Assembly (NCBI GenBank): GCA_964016885.1
Contig: OZ024741.1
Span: 76,260,001 to 76,324,000 of the forward strand
DNA: 64,000 nt
Source: Eledone cirrhosa
Taxonomy: Eukaryota
Reading direction: 5' to 3'
In this document: in pieces, positions 42,315-56,828 of the stretch
Layout of the letters: each line of letters begins with the position of its first letter
Position numbering within the stretch: the stretch's first letter is position 1
Position numbers and translations under genes: made by a program
The notes under the pieces: model-generated
Told to the model about the DNA's origin: nothing
The model's input: the letters and a program-made list of their open reading frames with translations, nothing else
The model's database searches: none

Positions 42315-43390
42315 TCTGAGGTCACCAGAGCAATTAAAGAGCTCAAATCCAGCAAGGCCTCTGGGAAAGGTGAAATTCAGCCTGAGATGTTAAAATCCTT
42401 AAATAAATATTTTCTGGCTGACTTGTGTGTGCAGGTAGCCTGTATCTCTGGAAAGGCACCTAAGCAATGGCAATCAGGAGTGATAATCCCAAAATAAGAT
42501 TGCTCTATTTATAGAAGGATCTCTTTGTTGAACCTCTCATGTAAAGTCTATGCTCAGTGTCTGGCAAAGAGATGTAGGGATATTGTCAAGTCCAAGCTAG
42601 CTGACGAACAGCATGGTACCCCTGACGCAACACAGCTAAGTAAATATTCATACTCTGGCAGGTCTTTGAGAAATGGTGGGGTTAATGCAAAGAGGTGTAT
42701 GCCTATTTCATAGATCTTGAAAAGGCATATGACTGTGTTCCACAGGACATGTGGAAGGTTCTGCAGGAATATGGGATCGATGGACAGCTTCTTGTTGCCC
42801 TGAAATCTCTATATGAATGCCCTAGTATTTGTGTTCGAATAAATGGTGCTTATTCAAAACTATTAAATGTGGGTGTTGGTCTCTGCCAAGGGTGCATACT
42901 GTCACCTCTCCTGTTCATTATTTTCATGGACAGGTGCTGACAGGTTGGAAGTGGTATCAAGTTTGGTGGGTGAAGGATCAGTCTGCTGGAATTTGTAGAT
43001 GATATGATACTACTTAACTCTTCAGAAGGTGATTTCCGACATGCATTCGATAGGTTTGCTGCCAAGTGCTGCATGGCAGAAATGAAAATTGGTGCTGCGA
43101 AGACTGAGACAAATGTCCTCTCAAGGAAGCCTGTATAATGCACTCTACATGTATGGGAAGTTCCGCAGGTAGAGATGTTCGAGTATCTCAGGGCCATTTT
43201 CATGAATGATGGAAGGCAGGAAGCTGAATTAAATACAAAAATTATTTGAGATGGTGCATTATTGCACCATCTCCAGTCATCAGAAGAAGAGAAGTAGGTT
43301 TAAAAGCCAAACTTGCTATCTTCAATTCATTATTTGGGCCAACTCATACTCATGGTTATGAATATCTTGGGTAATGGATGAAAGTTAACA
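42315..43390 (+). mobile_element. Old degraded RTE-type LINE RT fragment (no PHD)
   Basis: EVTRAIKELKSSKASG..PEMLK, DLEKAYD, QGCILSPLLF, FVDD; multiple stops and frameshifts. Confidence 0.8.
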
Positions 43391-45434
43391 ATGTTACAGA
43401 ATCCATTATCATTAATTACAGTTAGCCTTTGTTGTAATTGTTTTTGTTATTTTAGTTGTAGCAGAAATTGTTGTTGTGGTTGTGGTGGTGGTGGTGGTGG
43501 CGGTGGTGGTGGTGGTGGTTACTCTAGAACTTCTCCCTCCTGTAATCACAACATCCACCACTTTCCCTGTCTGGTCTCCAATAAATCACAATAGTTTGAT
43601 GTAAATATAGGTCACATACTATGATAGATATCAGGCGTTTACAAAATAGATACAATCCTTCATGAAGGTATTTGTTTACATTCCTAATGAGCTTTCTGGC
43701 TTTTCTGGACAGTTGATTGTCTCATTACATCTGGCTGGTTTGCCAGCCTCAATTCTATCATCTTTCTCACCCATAACACTCCTCCCACCCTCCACTTTCT
43801 CAACATTTCTCCATATATTTTGTATCTGTATATATCTTTATGCAATCGTGTATATAAATGTTTATGGCCATCATCATAATTTCTACATAGTGACATGGGT
43901 TAGAGAAGACTTTTTGAAGCAATGTTTTATAGCTGGATGCCCTTCCTGGTGCTAATTCCTTTTAGTCACTTCTTACAACGCACATTTATAGAGTGTACCT
44001 ATTCTCATAATCAGGATATACATGATACAATTTATATATATAATATCTATGTAGATATATATCATAATCATTGTTTTTTATGTCCACTTTTCTATAGTTG
44101 TGTGGGTTGATAGACACACACATATATATATATATATATAATCACCATTTTACACCCATCTTCCCTGCTAGCAAGAGTTAGACATATAGAATGGATCACA
44201 GTTTAGACAATGAGTGTTCCAATTGTTTGGTCAACAGAACAGCCAGCTTGTGAGAATGGAAAAAATGAGCATAAAATGGTGTGTGTGTGTGTGTAGGCAC
44301 ATAAACATAAGGTCATGCGTTTGAATCCTGGTGGTGCATTGCGTCCTTGAGCAAGACACTACAATATTTCACATTGCTCCAGTCAGTTGAGCTGGCAAAA
44401 AGATTAGTTGTACCTATAATTTGAAAGGTCAGCTTTGTTACACTTTGTGTTACACTGAACTCCCTGAGTATTATGTTAAAGATATGTGTTTGTGGGATTT
44501 TCTGCTACTTGCTCATTAATTTCACAAGCAAACTGTCCAATTGATTGAGTCAATTGGAACATTCGTCATCAGAACTGATGGAGGTCCAACATATATGTAT
44601 ATATGTGCCTGTGTATGAGTTTGTGTGTGTGTATATTTTCATATGTATATGTATATTCTCTATGTACAGCCATGTACATTTTATATGTTGGAGTTATTTC
44701 GATGGGGTGGGGGTGGGGGTTTAACTGTGTTAGTGTAACTAGTTTACAGCAGATTTCAACCACCCCTTTCAGCTTTTGTTGTCAACAGCACCAGCAACAC
44801 CACCACCACCATCCTGACTACCAACAACACAACAACCATCATCACCATCCTGACTACCAACAACACAACCACCTCCATCCTGACTACAATCAACAACCAC
44901 CACTAACATCATCAATACAACTGTCATTAATACCATTAACATAACTAACACCATCATCAACACCACCATCATCAACATAACCACCATCATCAGTTATTAT
45001 TACAGCCAGGGTACTGCTGCTACCAACACTACAACAACAGTTACAACACAAAAACATCTTGTGCTACTATCACTATTATCACTACTATTAAAATTACCAC
45101 CACTACTTCTACTAAAACCATCACCATTACCACCACTTCCACTGTTGCCCACACCACTACTCCCACATCTCCTTCCTACTTTTCCTCTTCCCCCAGTTAG
45201 AGACACAGTTGCAGTGAGAGGAAATGTACAGTGTGTGCAATGTTGCACCGACTTTGGAAAACTATCACTTGGCGTATAGGTACGGAAATGCATGACTGCA
45301 CACATGCATACATATACACACACATATATTCAAGTACACAAACGTGCACATATGTATACACACACACACATATATATATATATACATATGCGTGCGCACA
45401 CACATGTAAACATGCAATCACAGTTGTTTTATAA

Positions 45435-45465
<31 letters not shown>

Positions 45466-46111
45466 AATATGTATATATATATATATATATATATAATAGT
45501 ACTGAGATTATTCTCTTATTGCTACTCAAAGTTTTGCAATTGCTTCTTCATTACACAACCAAAAGTGATATTACAAAACATAATCATCATCATTATTTTA
45601 TGCACTGGGTAATTGCTGGCCTTGTGCCTAAAGTAGAAACAATTATTTTATGTCCACTTTTCTATACAGGCATGGGTTGAACTTACAAGTATGTATATAT
45701 ATATATATGAAGGTGTAGGCATCATATATGACTGATAAGTAAACCGTTGTGAAACACAGAGTAGCAACAGTATAATCTCTGTATGAATAATGATTAACTA
45801 TACTCTGCTTTGGTTTTAAGCACTTTTTCCTCTGGTTTATAAATCCAAACTTGTGTGTATCCAAGATTCCTCACAGATGCCTCTGTTCACTTTTTTCTAT
45901 CTCCAGGAGTACTTTACCTGATTTTTTTTAGGGATTGAATATTACTATGTTCATCTGCTTTGATTTCAAATATATGTATATATCTATGTGCACACATACA
46001 CACACTGACACTTGTATAAACATTGCTTCCATAAATCTGTATACACTATAAAATATGCATACAGATATATACAAAATAAAGTTATAACTCATGTATCCTA
46101 ACAACAACACC

Positions 46112-46190
<79 letters not shown>

Positions 46191-46299
46191 CCACATCATT
46201 TTATGTTCATTTTACCATGTTTGCTTCAGTTGTATGGGTCTTATCACTTCTTGTGATCTGTTGTCATTTCCTTCATGTATCTATGTCTTTCTATTTCTC

Positions 46300-46571
46300 T
46301 GTGTGTCCGTCTCAGGTTCAATCAGCGGTAGTCACAGTAAGTAAGGTACTCAATACATAGAAGAGTATATACAAGATTTAATATAGAAATGGCTTCTACA
46401 GGCCTAGAATTGTTTCATACAAAGGAAATCACCAGGAAAGCCCTGGTGATTTCCTTTGTATGAAACAATTCTAGTCCTCTAGAAGCCATTTCTATATTAA
46501 ATCTTGTATATACTCTTCTATGTATTGAGTACCTTACTTACTGTGACTACCGCTGATTGAACCTGAGACGG

Positions 46572-46578
<7 letters not shown>
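46300..46578. repeat. 279-bp near-perfect palindrome (137-bp arms, 5-nt loop, 2 mismatches)
   Basis: 46300-46436 is the reverse complement of 46442-46578. Confidence 0.95.
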
Positions 46579-46637
<59 letters not shown>

Positions 46638-46854
46638 TTTGTATTTATTTATATATATAATATGTATATATATATATAGTAGTAATAAATATAAAGACCA
46701 AAGTCCAGAGAGGACTTGATAAGGGTTGTATACATAAACCCTTAGAGCAAATATCTATTATTAGCACAGTTTAAGCAAACTATTTCTGCTTTAATCCTAA
46801 GATGTTTGCTTAAACTTTTAATCTGTGCTTATACTAAATATATATGTGTGTGTG

Positions 46855-46932
<78 letters not shown>

Positions 46933-47477
46933 AAAAGAGTCAGGACCCCAACGGCTGAGCTCCGGCCGTTTCGACAGCTAGATCTATTCCCAACTCTATT
47001 ACCCCAAGTAGCGAGTACTCTGGTGCGTTATGGTCCACGTGGTTTCTTAACACACTTTCATTGTTTATTTTGTTATTTTTTTCTTATTATATATATATAT
47101 ATATATATCATCATCATCATCATCATCATCTTCGTTTAACGTCCATTTTCCACGCTAGCATGGGTTAGACAGGTATATATATATATATATATATCATCAT
47201 TGTTTTTACGTCCGCTTTTCTATGCTTGCATGGGTCCTTCTCAGCACATGGTATCTCTCCACTTTTCACGTTCCTTTATCATCTCCTCTGCCAGTCTTAG
47301 CGATTTGAGGTCCACTCACACATCCTCTACCAAGGTCTTTCTTGGTTGTCCTCTATTGCGGCTTCCTTTCATATATATATATGTGTCAGTGTGTGTTCAT
47401 GTACCTACCTGTTTGTCTATTCTTTTTTTCTCTCTTTCTGTGTAATTTGTTACAGAGCTCACCATTATTATTACTCT

Positions 47478-47663
47478 TGGATTGGCAGTATCGGTAGAGG
47501 GTCGGACGCCATGCTTTGAAGCATAGAGTTACCTCCCTGTATGATCTGAGTTCAAATCCCGCTGAGGTTAACTTTGCCTTTCATCCTTACAGGGTCGATA
47601 AAATAAAGTACTAGTAATGCACTGGGTAATTGCTGGCCTTGTGCCAAAAGTAGAAACAATTAT
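47478..47663 (+). mobile_element. tRNA-derived SINE with TSD attattactctt
   Basis: Same family as 36388; duplication on both flanks. Confidence 0.85.
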
Positions 47664-47960
47664 TACTCTTCAATTGACATGTGATATATTATTTGTAGTG
47701 AAACAAAACTAATGTAAATAACATTTAGTTGACTTACAAAGTATATAGAAATTTGAAAATATAGTTATCAAAATGCAGATAACTATAAATTATAGTTGAA
47801 TATATTAGGTAAAGTATCCCTGGATATAACTTGACAGAGATACCTGCCGGGATTCAAACAAACCATCTTTTTCCATCTCTAGGGGTATTTTGCCCGATTT
47901 ATAATTATCAACTATTATTATTATAATTATTTGCATTGTGGCAACTATATATAAATATAT

Positions 47961-48690
47961 ATCATCACCATTTTATGTCTGCTTTTCCATGCTTGCATGG
48001 GTTAGACAAGTTCTTTCCAGTACAACCATCTTGGCCCTTTGTCATTTCCTCTGTGAGATTCAATGATCAGCTCTGACAACCTCTTCTTAGGTCTTCCTTT
48101 GTCTCTCTTTACTGGGATTTCTTAGCACTTCTTCACCCAACTCTCATCCTCTGTAAGCATCACATGGCCATACCATTGCAGTCTTCTCTCTTACACACTA
48201 CATCTAATTCTTCTTATATCCAGCCACTCTCTCAGCTCATCTGTGTTTTACTTTCCATGTAACATTGCACATGCATCGAAGCATACTTGATTCATTTGTC
48301 TCAAGCCTACACATATCTTATGCGTACATTGTCCATTTGTCACTACTATGCAACATCACCCTTCAAACACACACATCATATAGCCAGTCTTTCTTTTGTA
48401 AAGAGAACCCTTTTGCTGTCAACAGGTAGCAGCTCCCCGAACCTTTTCCATCCTGTTCTTACTCCAGTTATTATATTCTCGAGCCAGCCTTCTCTGCCAC
48501 TAATTTTATCACCAAGGTAACAGAGGCTATCAACTACTTGTGTGGAATCTTCCTGGGATTGGAAAACATATTTTACTTGTGTTCTTAGTACTAACTATCC
48601 TTGTGCATCTGCTACATACAAGTTTACCTTTTCTGTTAGTCTGTCTACTACACTACTACACCTTGTGTACCCAAGATTTATGTTGTGTAG
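47961..48690 (-). mobile_element. Old degenerate 3' fragment of a PHD-type RTE
   Basis: 3' end ttccatgcttgcatgggttagac; remnants of RRLQWYGHV, RTGWKRF, FCYLGDKI. Confidence 0.75.
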
Positions 48691-48932
48691 GTATGTATAT
48701 ATAACTATATGTATCTGGATTTAGAACAAGTGTATCATATCCTTGTGTGTGTCCATATGAGTCCTACAAGAGATGCCTCACAGGCATCTGTCTGCTACTT
48801 TTTGTTACCTGGAGTACATTACCCAATTTATTCAACTATTATTTATAGTTAACACTATTATTATAGTTATCTGCATTGTGGTGACTATATTTTGAAATTT
48901 TAAACTAATGTATCTTTTTTTAAACTTTTTAG

Positions 48933-49022
48933 ATCGGAACTATGATGCCAGAATGGCTCCTGCAGATCAACCCATATCTTTTGAAGTGGATCACTTGGCA
49001 ACGTTTTCTGTTACTCCAGCAG
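48933..49022 (+). CDS. EPS8: EPS8-like gene, coding exon (start of PTB domain)
   Basis: tttttag/..../gtgagg; RNYDARMAPADQPISFEVDHLATFSVTPA resembles EPS8 YRVEHLTTF; phase 1-1. Confidence 0.8.
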
Positions 49023-51125
49023 GTGAGGCTTTTCAATTGTCTATATGCCATCGTAAGAAGAACACAAGGAACATCTAGTTCTGACGTATTCCCAAACTTT
49101 TTTTTGACAAAGGGAATTTTCTCCTGAAATACTAAGGACTAATTAAATATTTTATCACTATTTTTAACCTTTAATATCCTATTTGCATTGCTGTAGCCTT
49201 CTACATTTTTTGCATTGCTGTAGCCTTCTACATTTTTTATGGCCCTCATTGTCATTCCTCTGATGGCCTTCATCATTGATTTCTTTTATTAACCCTTTTG
49301 TTACCATATCTCTAATTAAAGGCACAGCCTTTTTTTAGTAATATAACTATACCCGTATGTGTTGTCAGAGGCAACTAGAAGTGTTGGCACCAGAGAGGCA
49401 TCCAGCATTATAACATTGCCTGGAGGAACCCATGATAAGTATAAATCCCATCATTGGGTCTGCGGGGAGAAATGACTACATGATGCTTGTGCATATGTGT
49501 GTATGTTTCTCATGAAGCCAGTCTTATGAATGAATTCAAAGTAGGCAAAAACTGTTTGGAAGCCTGTAATTCAAAGGGCCAGCTTTATCACACACTGTCA
49601 TGCTGGATCTCCCTGAAAATTATGTTATGGGTACATGTGTCTATGGGATACTCAACCACTTACAAATTAATTTCTCAAGCAAGCTGTCCCATTGATTGAA
49701 CAACTGGAATACTTATCGTCAAAACTAATAGAGGTCCATTCTGTTTTGTACATTAAGTTGGTATTTGGAACATAATTTGACAAAGATCCTTCCTTAAAAT
49801 TATGATGGACAGTTTTTAGATAAATATAAACTATTTTAAAATAAGCAATTTTGTATTATAGAAGAACAAGTGGTAGTTTCAGGTAGATTGCTAAACTACC
49901 TAAGGTTTGACTAATTCAGTCAGTTGGGCTGTTGTTATTGTGGGACATCATTTTTTGCCTACTACTTTTATCAACCTTGGAAAGATAGAAGACAATGTTG
50001 ACATAGCCATTAAGGGATATAACCAAAACAAAATTTAATCGAATATACTCAACATCTTTTGTTTAACACTTTACTGATTCTGCCATCCTCTGATATTGTT
50101 TCATTGCTTTTGTTTTTACATCCATTTTGGTTTTAGGAAGCACTTCTGGTCATAGAAACCCTGCCAAAAAGGGGTTATAAGAACCTTTCAGTCATAACAC
50201 AATGGCCCCTCTAAGACTGGTGCCACAAAAAATGCAGCCACCACATTCCGTAAGGTGTTTGGTGACAGAAAGGGTATCCAGCTGTAGAAATCATGCCACA
50301 AAAGGGATGAAAGGACTTTTCAGTGGTATCAAAGGCACGTCATCCTCTCTTGTGTTGATGATACAATAAAACACACCCAGTACACTCTGTAAATTGGTTG
50401 GTGATAGAAAGAGTATTCAGCCATAGAAAACTTGCCAAAGAATCTAGAGGACTCTTCAGTTGTGTTGAAGATGTGATGACCTCCCTAATGCTGGTTCTAT
50501 GATAAAATACATCCTGTAGAGTGTAGTAACATATGTAAACAAGATGTAGCCTCTGGTGCATCTGGGCAGTCAGTAGCTCCAATTAAGTACTGACTTAGTT
50601 CGTGACAACTCATCCAACTATTGCTAACAGGGAAAATGGATGTTAAATGATGATGATTTTTCAAGCTGGCATGGGTTGGATTGAATTTTTCAGAACTGTG
50701 TTTTATAGATGGCTGCTCTTCCTTACAGTACCTTTTAACTGCTTTTTACAACACACATAAATAGTGTACCTATTCTAAATATCAATGTACACATAGCATA
50801 TATATATATATATATCGATAGTCGATCAACAAGATTTCAGACTTCTTTCACTTAACGAGTGGGGTGGAGCTCATCAAATCGAACTGATGAAAACAATCTT
50901 TCCATTGGTTTTTTTCCAATTGTTGATACTATCTATCAGTTACAACTCCAGGCAGAAGGAGCAACAGGAAATAAAGTAACATGAAATAAAGTATCTTGCT
51001 CAAGGACATAAGGCATTGCCTGGTCTGGGAATCGAAATCACAACCTCACGATTGTGAATCCAATTCTCTAACCACTCACTATATATATATATATATGTGT
51101 GTGTATGTGCATATGTATGTATCTA

Positions 51126-51168
<43 letters not shown>

Positions 51169-51780
51169 CTTAGAGGTTAGGGTGTTCAGCCCATGAGTTT
51201 GATTTCCAGTGGTGCATTGCTCCAGTCTATTCATCTGGCAAAAAAGCATTATACCTGTAATTCAAAATAACCTGCCTTGTCCACACACTGTGTCATGCTG
51301 AATTTCTCTGAGAACTACATTAAGGGTATATGTGTTTGTGGAATGCTCAACCATCTACATGTTAATATCATGAGCAGGCTGTTCTGTTGATCAGAAAGTT
51401 AAAAGGGCAACACCTCTCTTTGTCCAGAATCCTATTTCATCAGCAGACATTTTCTTTGTTGAAATAAGACACTCCATTCCGGGGTTCATACTTTGGTATG
51501 TTTGTAAAAAAAAAAGAATGTGGTCTTTATGTGACTGTAAAAAAATGTGGAGAACATAGTGTATTTTCTGCATAAATTAGAAATATACATACACAGAGAA
51601 CAGAATCAAAATTGTAAGTCTTAACACTATGGATCTATAATGTAAAAAATTCAAGCCACTAATGAACCTTTTCTATTGTATATTAAGAAAATATTATTGT
51701 ATACTACTAGCTCCCCTCTCTGCAATATATTTTTAGACTGTTTTATTCAATCTAATTTTCTTTTTGTTGTGTATTTATAG

Positions 51781-51908
51781 AAACCCAAAACCCTGAAGCT
51801 GGGATTTCAAAGTTGTCCACTATGGCAAACACAAGTGGAATATGGACCATGAAATGTATGCTTTCTGTAGAAAGAAACCGTTTAATGATTCATGAAAAAG
51901 GCACCGGT
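51781..51908 (+). CDS. EPS8: EPS8-like exon (PTB)
   Basis: ttatag/..../gtaagt; (E)TQNPEAGISKLSTMANTSGIWTMKCMLSVERNRLMIHEKGTG resembles EPS8 DGIRKL..GKVWTQDMILQV; phase 1-0. Confidence 0.85.
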
Positions 51909-51961
51909 GTAAGTATAAAAAATTAAAACTGATTATGTCTACTAAAATTTAAAAAATGTAA

Positions 51962-52177
51962 CCCTTTTCCTACCAACCCACCTAAAACTGCCCCCGGTTC
52001 TGTGAAACAAAACCACCCACTTTGAAGGGTTCCTATTTAAATTAAAACTTTTGAACATAATTTGGTATAAGAACCTTTTAAGTTACATTAAAAATACCAT
52101 ATTAATGAAATAATTGATAATTTTCATAAATTCCTCCAAATAGTGTATTTAATTATAAATATTTTAACACAAAAGGG
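51962..52177. mobile_element. piggyBac-type MITE (CCCTTTT...AAAAGGG ends, TTAA on the right, GTAA on the left); degenerate relatives near 34.1-35.1, 37.55-38.4 and 49.3-49.9 kb
   Basis: Short TIRs, TTAA flank, shared internal motif aaggttcttac../aagaacctt. Confidence 0.55.
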
Positions 52178-54174
52178 TTAATAATCATTAAAATATTTTC
52201 AAGTAAAGGCATGGGGATTAATAGTTAGGCTATTGGGTTAATGATTGCAAGGTTGTGAGATAGATTCCTGGCCTGGGCAGCACACTGTCCTTGACCAAGA
52301 CACTTTATATCATTTTGCTTTAGTCCTTCTAGCTGAGAAACAGTGAGTTGCGATGACAAAGTTGCTTAGCTGTATTAGTCTTTCCCTTTCTCTTGGGCAA
52401 CACCAGTGTCATAGAGAGGGGAGGCTTGCATGCGTACATGATATCTGGTCTTTCAAAAAAATAACATCTTGTCCAAGCTTGTGCCACGGAGAGGAATCTT
52501 CCAGGTGCAAACTCATGGTCACTCATAGTTGAAGGTGGCCTCGACCAGGTGGCACATTGTGTCTTTAAGGAAGACACTTCTGAGGAAAAATGAGTTGTGA
52601 TGACACTGGTGTTAAGTTTTATCGACCTATTCTTTTGGACAACAATGATGGGGAGAAGAGAGAGATGCATGCATGGCTGACTGCTGGTCTTCACTAACTT
52701 TACTTTTCCAGCAATCTTCAGCAAAGTGATCTCTTTTTTTTCTAGTGGTGCCTGGTACTTTATGTAGACAACCACGACAAGGTGTCCATAGTAGAGTGTC
52801 ACTGTGTCACTAGCCAACTCTCCCCTTCCCACACCTCCAGCTGTATCCAGCTAAGTGAACTCTTCTTCTTTTGATGATGTATGGTACTTGGGTAGCTGAT
52901 TATATAATCTTTCTTTGTTTGGGTGTAAGTGCCATCTTGTGTTGATTCAAGTATTTGTTTGGTTAGTGTCCAGGTGAGAGACCCCCAAGAGTAATACAGA
53001 TAAAAAGAAAATAGAAAAAAATGATTATTACTCAATTATGAAATATTAATTTAAAAAAAGAAGACCATTAAAACGTTGACTTCAGTCATTATATGTAGCA
53101 TAAAGAAAAAACAAAATCAACAACAAATAAACAAAAACATTTTGGGAGGTTTATGTTCCTAATGAAAACACTGGTTGAGTTTTACTTTAGTTTTATTACA
53201 TCAAGTAATTATTCCATCAGTCAGATGATTAATCAACTAATTAACTAATTGTTAAAGTCCTTTCATGTGGCCTAGTGGTAAGGGTATTAGATTTATTATC
53301 ATAAGGTTATTCCTAGACTGGGTGATTGATGCATCGTGTTCTTGAGAAAGACATTTCATTTCACATTACTTTTTATGATGGGGCTGAGACCCTTATCATT
53401 GAACCACTCAAGAACCTCCTATGAGATTCAACCTTATAGGTAACCAGCTAAACATGCATAGGTGTGAGCTGTCAATTTCATTCTTTTCGAAGTTCTTTTG
53501 TCACAGCCTATGACCTTATTGATGACTATTGCCCTCTGTGATTAGCAGCATGACACTTTCCAAAATACAATATGTTTCAATACACTATTTCACATCAAGA
53601 ATCTTGCAAAACAAATACAAAAATAAAGAATATTAAATATTAAATTAAATATTTAGTTCTCATCATATATTAAATGTAATTTAGAATATTAAAATGTAAT
53701 TTAGTATATAAAAATATAAATTTTGCATCATTTAATAAATATAAAATATAAATTTCTCATCATTTATTAAATAAAAAGGCTCCTTTCAGTCTTCACTGAC
53801 CATGGGTTTGCACTTGGAACATTCCTATCCAAGGTGCAAGTCTAGACAAAGTGATTTGTGGAAGACCAGCATTTACCCTTACGTGCCCCCTCTCTCTTCT
53901 CCACAGCATTGATGTTGTCCAAGAGAAAAGAAAATACTGATACAACTTGGCACCAGTGACATTAGAACTCTTGTTCTCAACTAAATGGACTACAGCAATG
54001 TGAAATAAAGTGTATTTTTTCAAATATGTAATGTGCCACCTAGTCCAGGAATCAAACTCACAACCTTACAATCATAAGCCCAATACCCTATCCACTAAGA
54101 CACACATCTTCATATTTATTAAATAAAATATTTTTAGATATTTTATTTTTTTCTTTATGTTTTGAAATCTTTAG

Positions 54175-54339
54175 AACGAGTTGGATTGTTTTCCTTTGAC
54201 GAAGATCTACAATCCTGTTGCTATATCTAAACCAGATAAATGTGATGTTTACAATAACTTAGTTGTATTGAGTGTCATAGATAACAGTAAAAGAGATAAC
54301 CAAGCCCAGATGCACATCTTTCTGGGTGGACCAATTCTG
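54175..54339 (+). CDS. EPS8: EPS8-like exon (PTB)
   Basis: ctttag/..../gtaagt; NELDCFPLTKIYNPVAIS..YNNLVVLSV..QMHIF resembles EPS8 NELENFPL..YDSVLALV..LHLF; phase 0-0. Confidence 0.88.
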
Positions 54340-54399
54340 GTAAGTCCTAATTTAATTGTGTGTGTGTGTGTGTGTAACTTTGTGAGTGTAGATTGAGTA

Positions 54400-55700
54400 C
54401 TCTTTTCTTTTGTTTGTATTTCCATATCAACAAGTCACCTTGTTTTTTTTCAATTTGGCTGAGATGATAGCCGTTAGCATGCCTCTTCTATGTTTACATA
54501 CTGTGCCACAAGCATATGGCCCATTCTGTAGAAGTTCTTTAAACAGTTTTACATACGTAAAGAAATTATCACAATACATGTGATGGTTTTGTCCCCATAT
54601 GTGTCTTATGAGGTCTTTCACAACTCTTTCTCCAAGTCCTTGTTTAGGCTGATTTGAAACTTTCACAGTATAAATTTGGAAGTCATTCACATAACCATTG
54701 TGGGGATTAGCCCAAATCCACACTTTTATCCCATGTTTTGTAGGCTTCATTGGAATGTGCTGTTTGAAGACTGGTCGTTTGGTGAAGGTAATCATACCTT
54801 CATTAATAGATATTTTATAGTGTGGATTATACTGTGACTTAAAATTTTGGCATGTCCATTCAATAAAATCCCAGACATGGGCAAGTAAGTCATGTCTAGG
54901 ATGGCTATGGGCTGGATTCTGGGTGACATCAGAATTATGGAAATATTGAGTCATTTATTCAAGCTGTCTCTGGTAATTAAATTTCTGATCCCTGAAGACT
55001 GGAGCAAGTTGTCTTTCAAGAAATACATGTCCTGATTTGGTACAGAAACAATCCCCATCATTATTTGAAGGAGGATTGGCAGTATCGGTAGAGAGTCGGA
55101 TGCCATGCTTTCCAGCATAGTTACGTCCCTTTATGGTCCGAGTTCAAATCCCGCCGAGGTTAACTTTGCCTTTCATCCTTACGGGGGTCGATAAAATAAA
55201 GTACCAGTAATGTACTGGGATAATTGCTGGCCTTGTGCCAAAGGTAGAAGCAATTATTTGAAAGACAATATAGGGCCTCATTTCAGATGCAGTTGTGTTA
55301 CACCACTTAGAATTGGGCCCTTTTGAGTCAGCATTTTTGTTGGTTTCATTTGCCATCAAATCAAATAGTTCAGGATTAAATAATAGAAAGAAAAAAATCC
55401 ATTTCTTTTTTCTCAGAGCCTAAGATATTTACCTGTTTAGGATTTCCTTTGAATACATTATTAACTTGTGAGAACCGATCACTCCATTCTAAAGTCAGTT
55501 CATCATCACCACTGTCATCTCTGTTCCTATGCTAATTCTTCATAAATACATCATCAGAGTCAGATTCAGACATAAAATTAATATCTGATAAATTCTCTTC
55601 ATTCTCCAAATATATTTCATAGATTTTTTTCTACTCAAATTACATCAATTTCTGTAAAGCCTTTGAAAATATAATCATTTTCACTTTCCAATGCCATTTT
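54400..55700 (-). pseudogene. Decayed piggyBac (PGBD4-like) transposase, interrupted by a SINE at 55072-55257
   Basis: ISINEGM..KQHIPMKPTKHGIKVW..CDNFFT..ACGTV..RRG motifs; acidic N-terminal remnant near 55500-55697; frameshifts and stops. Confidence 0.85.
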
Positions 55701-56315
55701 TTGTTTTTAATTTCCTTCTAAAAACAATAGGGTTCTGTCTCACATGTAATTCACTTATCGATCATCATCCATACACATCACATGTCTGTACCAACACAGT
55801 CTTCTCTCTTGCACACCATTTTATATATATAGGAAAATAAGAAAAAAAGTAGAAAATGCTAATAGAATTTTGTCATAGAAAAACAGAAAATCATTTTTTT
55901 TAAAACAATTTTTTGGTACCGGTTTCAGTCGACAAAAATTTTGACTTCTTCTTTTTACAGGAAATATGATAAAAAGTATATAATAAAGTTAAGGTGTATA
56001 TTAATTAGAAGAGGTTATTAGCGAACATAATTTACATATATATAAAAATTCACATTTTCGTTTATCTCTTTAGATAGAGAAATAGTGAAATTTTATATAT
56101 ATGTAAACTATGTTCTCTAATATCCAAAAATATATAGAAGCCAGCACCAATTGTTATAATTAGAAGCTACATAACCAACAGAGGTTTATTATATACAAGG
56201 ACTGCTATAAAATACATGTAACAGATCCTTACATTCCCCTTACCTTCTTACTAGTACAGTCATTGTATATTTTTTGTGTCTTTATATTTTTACTATCAAC
56301 ATTATTTTGTTACAG

Positions 56316-56377
56316 GCTCAAGATATTGTTGATGAAATATTGAATGCAAAAGCTGGCCGACCTAGTAGTAATTTCAA
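56316..56377 (+). CDS. EPS8: EPS8-like exon (end of PTB)
   Basis: ttacag/..../gtaagg; AQDIVDEILNAKAGRPSSNF; phase 0-2. Confidence 0.8.
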
Positions 56378-56464
56378 GTAAGGATTGAAAAATCTTTGTA
56401 TTTTTTTGTTATCATGGTTACTGTTGTTGTTATTGCCTAATTAGCGGTTTACATCTGCATTAAT

Positions 56465-56800
56465 ATGGTTATATGCCTACCTTATATCTATGTCTCTATG
56501 GTTACATGTCTGTCTCATTACATCTATGTCACTATAGTTACATATCTGTCTCATTACATCTATGTCACCATGGTTACATGTCTGTTTCTTTACATCTGTG
56601 GCACTATAGTTACATGTCTGTCTCCTTACATCTACGCCATTATACTTATATGTCTGTTTCATTACATCTGTGTTACTATAGTTACATGTCTGTCTCATTA
56701 TATCTGTGTTACTATAGTTACATGTCTGTCTCAATACATCTGTGTTACTATGATTACAAGTCTCTCATTCTATCTGTGTTACTATAGTTATATACCTGCC
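56465..56800. repeat. 39-bp intronic minisatellite, about 8 copies
   Basis: Unit tgtctgtctcattacatctgtgttactatagttaca. Confidence 0.9.
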
Positions 56801-56828
56801 TGATTAAAATTTTACATCTTCATTACAG

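Noticed and set aside
44770-45200. His/Gln/Pro-rich ORFs
   Set aside because: Low-complexity (CAC/CAA/CTA)n repeats without splice or homology support.
45197-45279. Candidate EPS8 first coding exon (ATG 45224, donor 45280)
   Set aside because: Phase 2 does not match the phase 1 exon at 48933; no homology support.
46763-46829. Hairpin gtttaagcaaac/gtttgcttaaac enclosing CTTAGGA..GAAATA on the minus strand
   Set aside because: Hammerhead-like layout, but the core is mutated and helices II/III are missing; at best a decayed relic.
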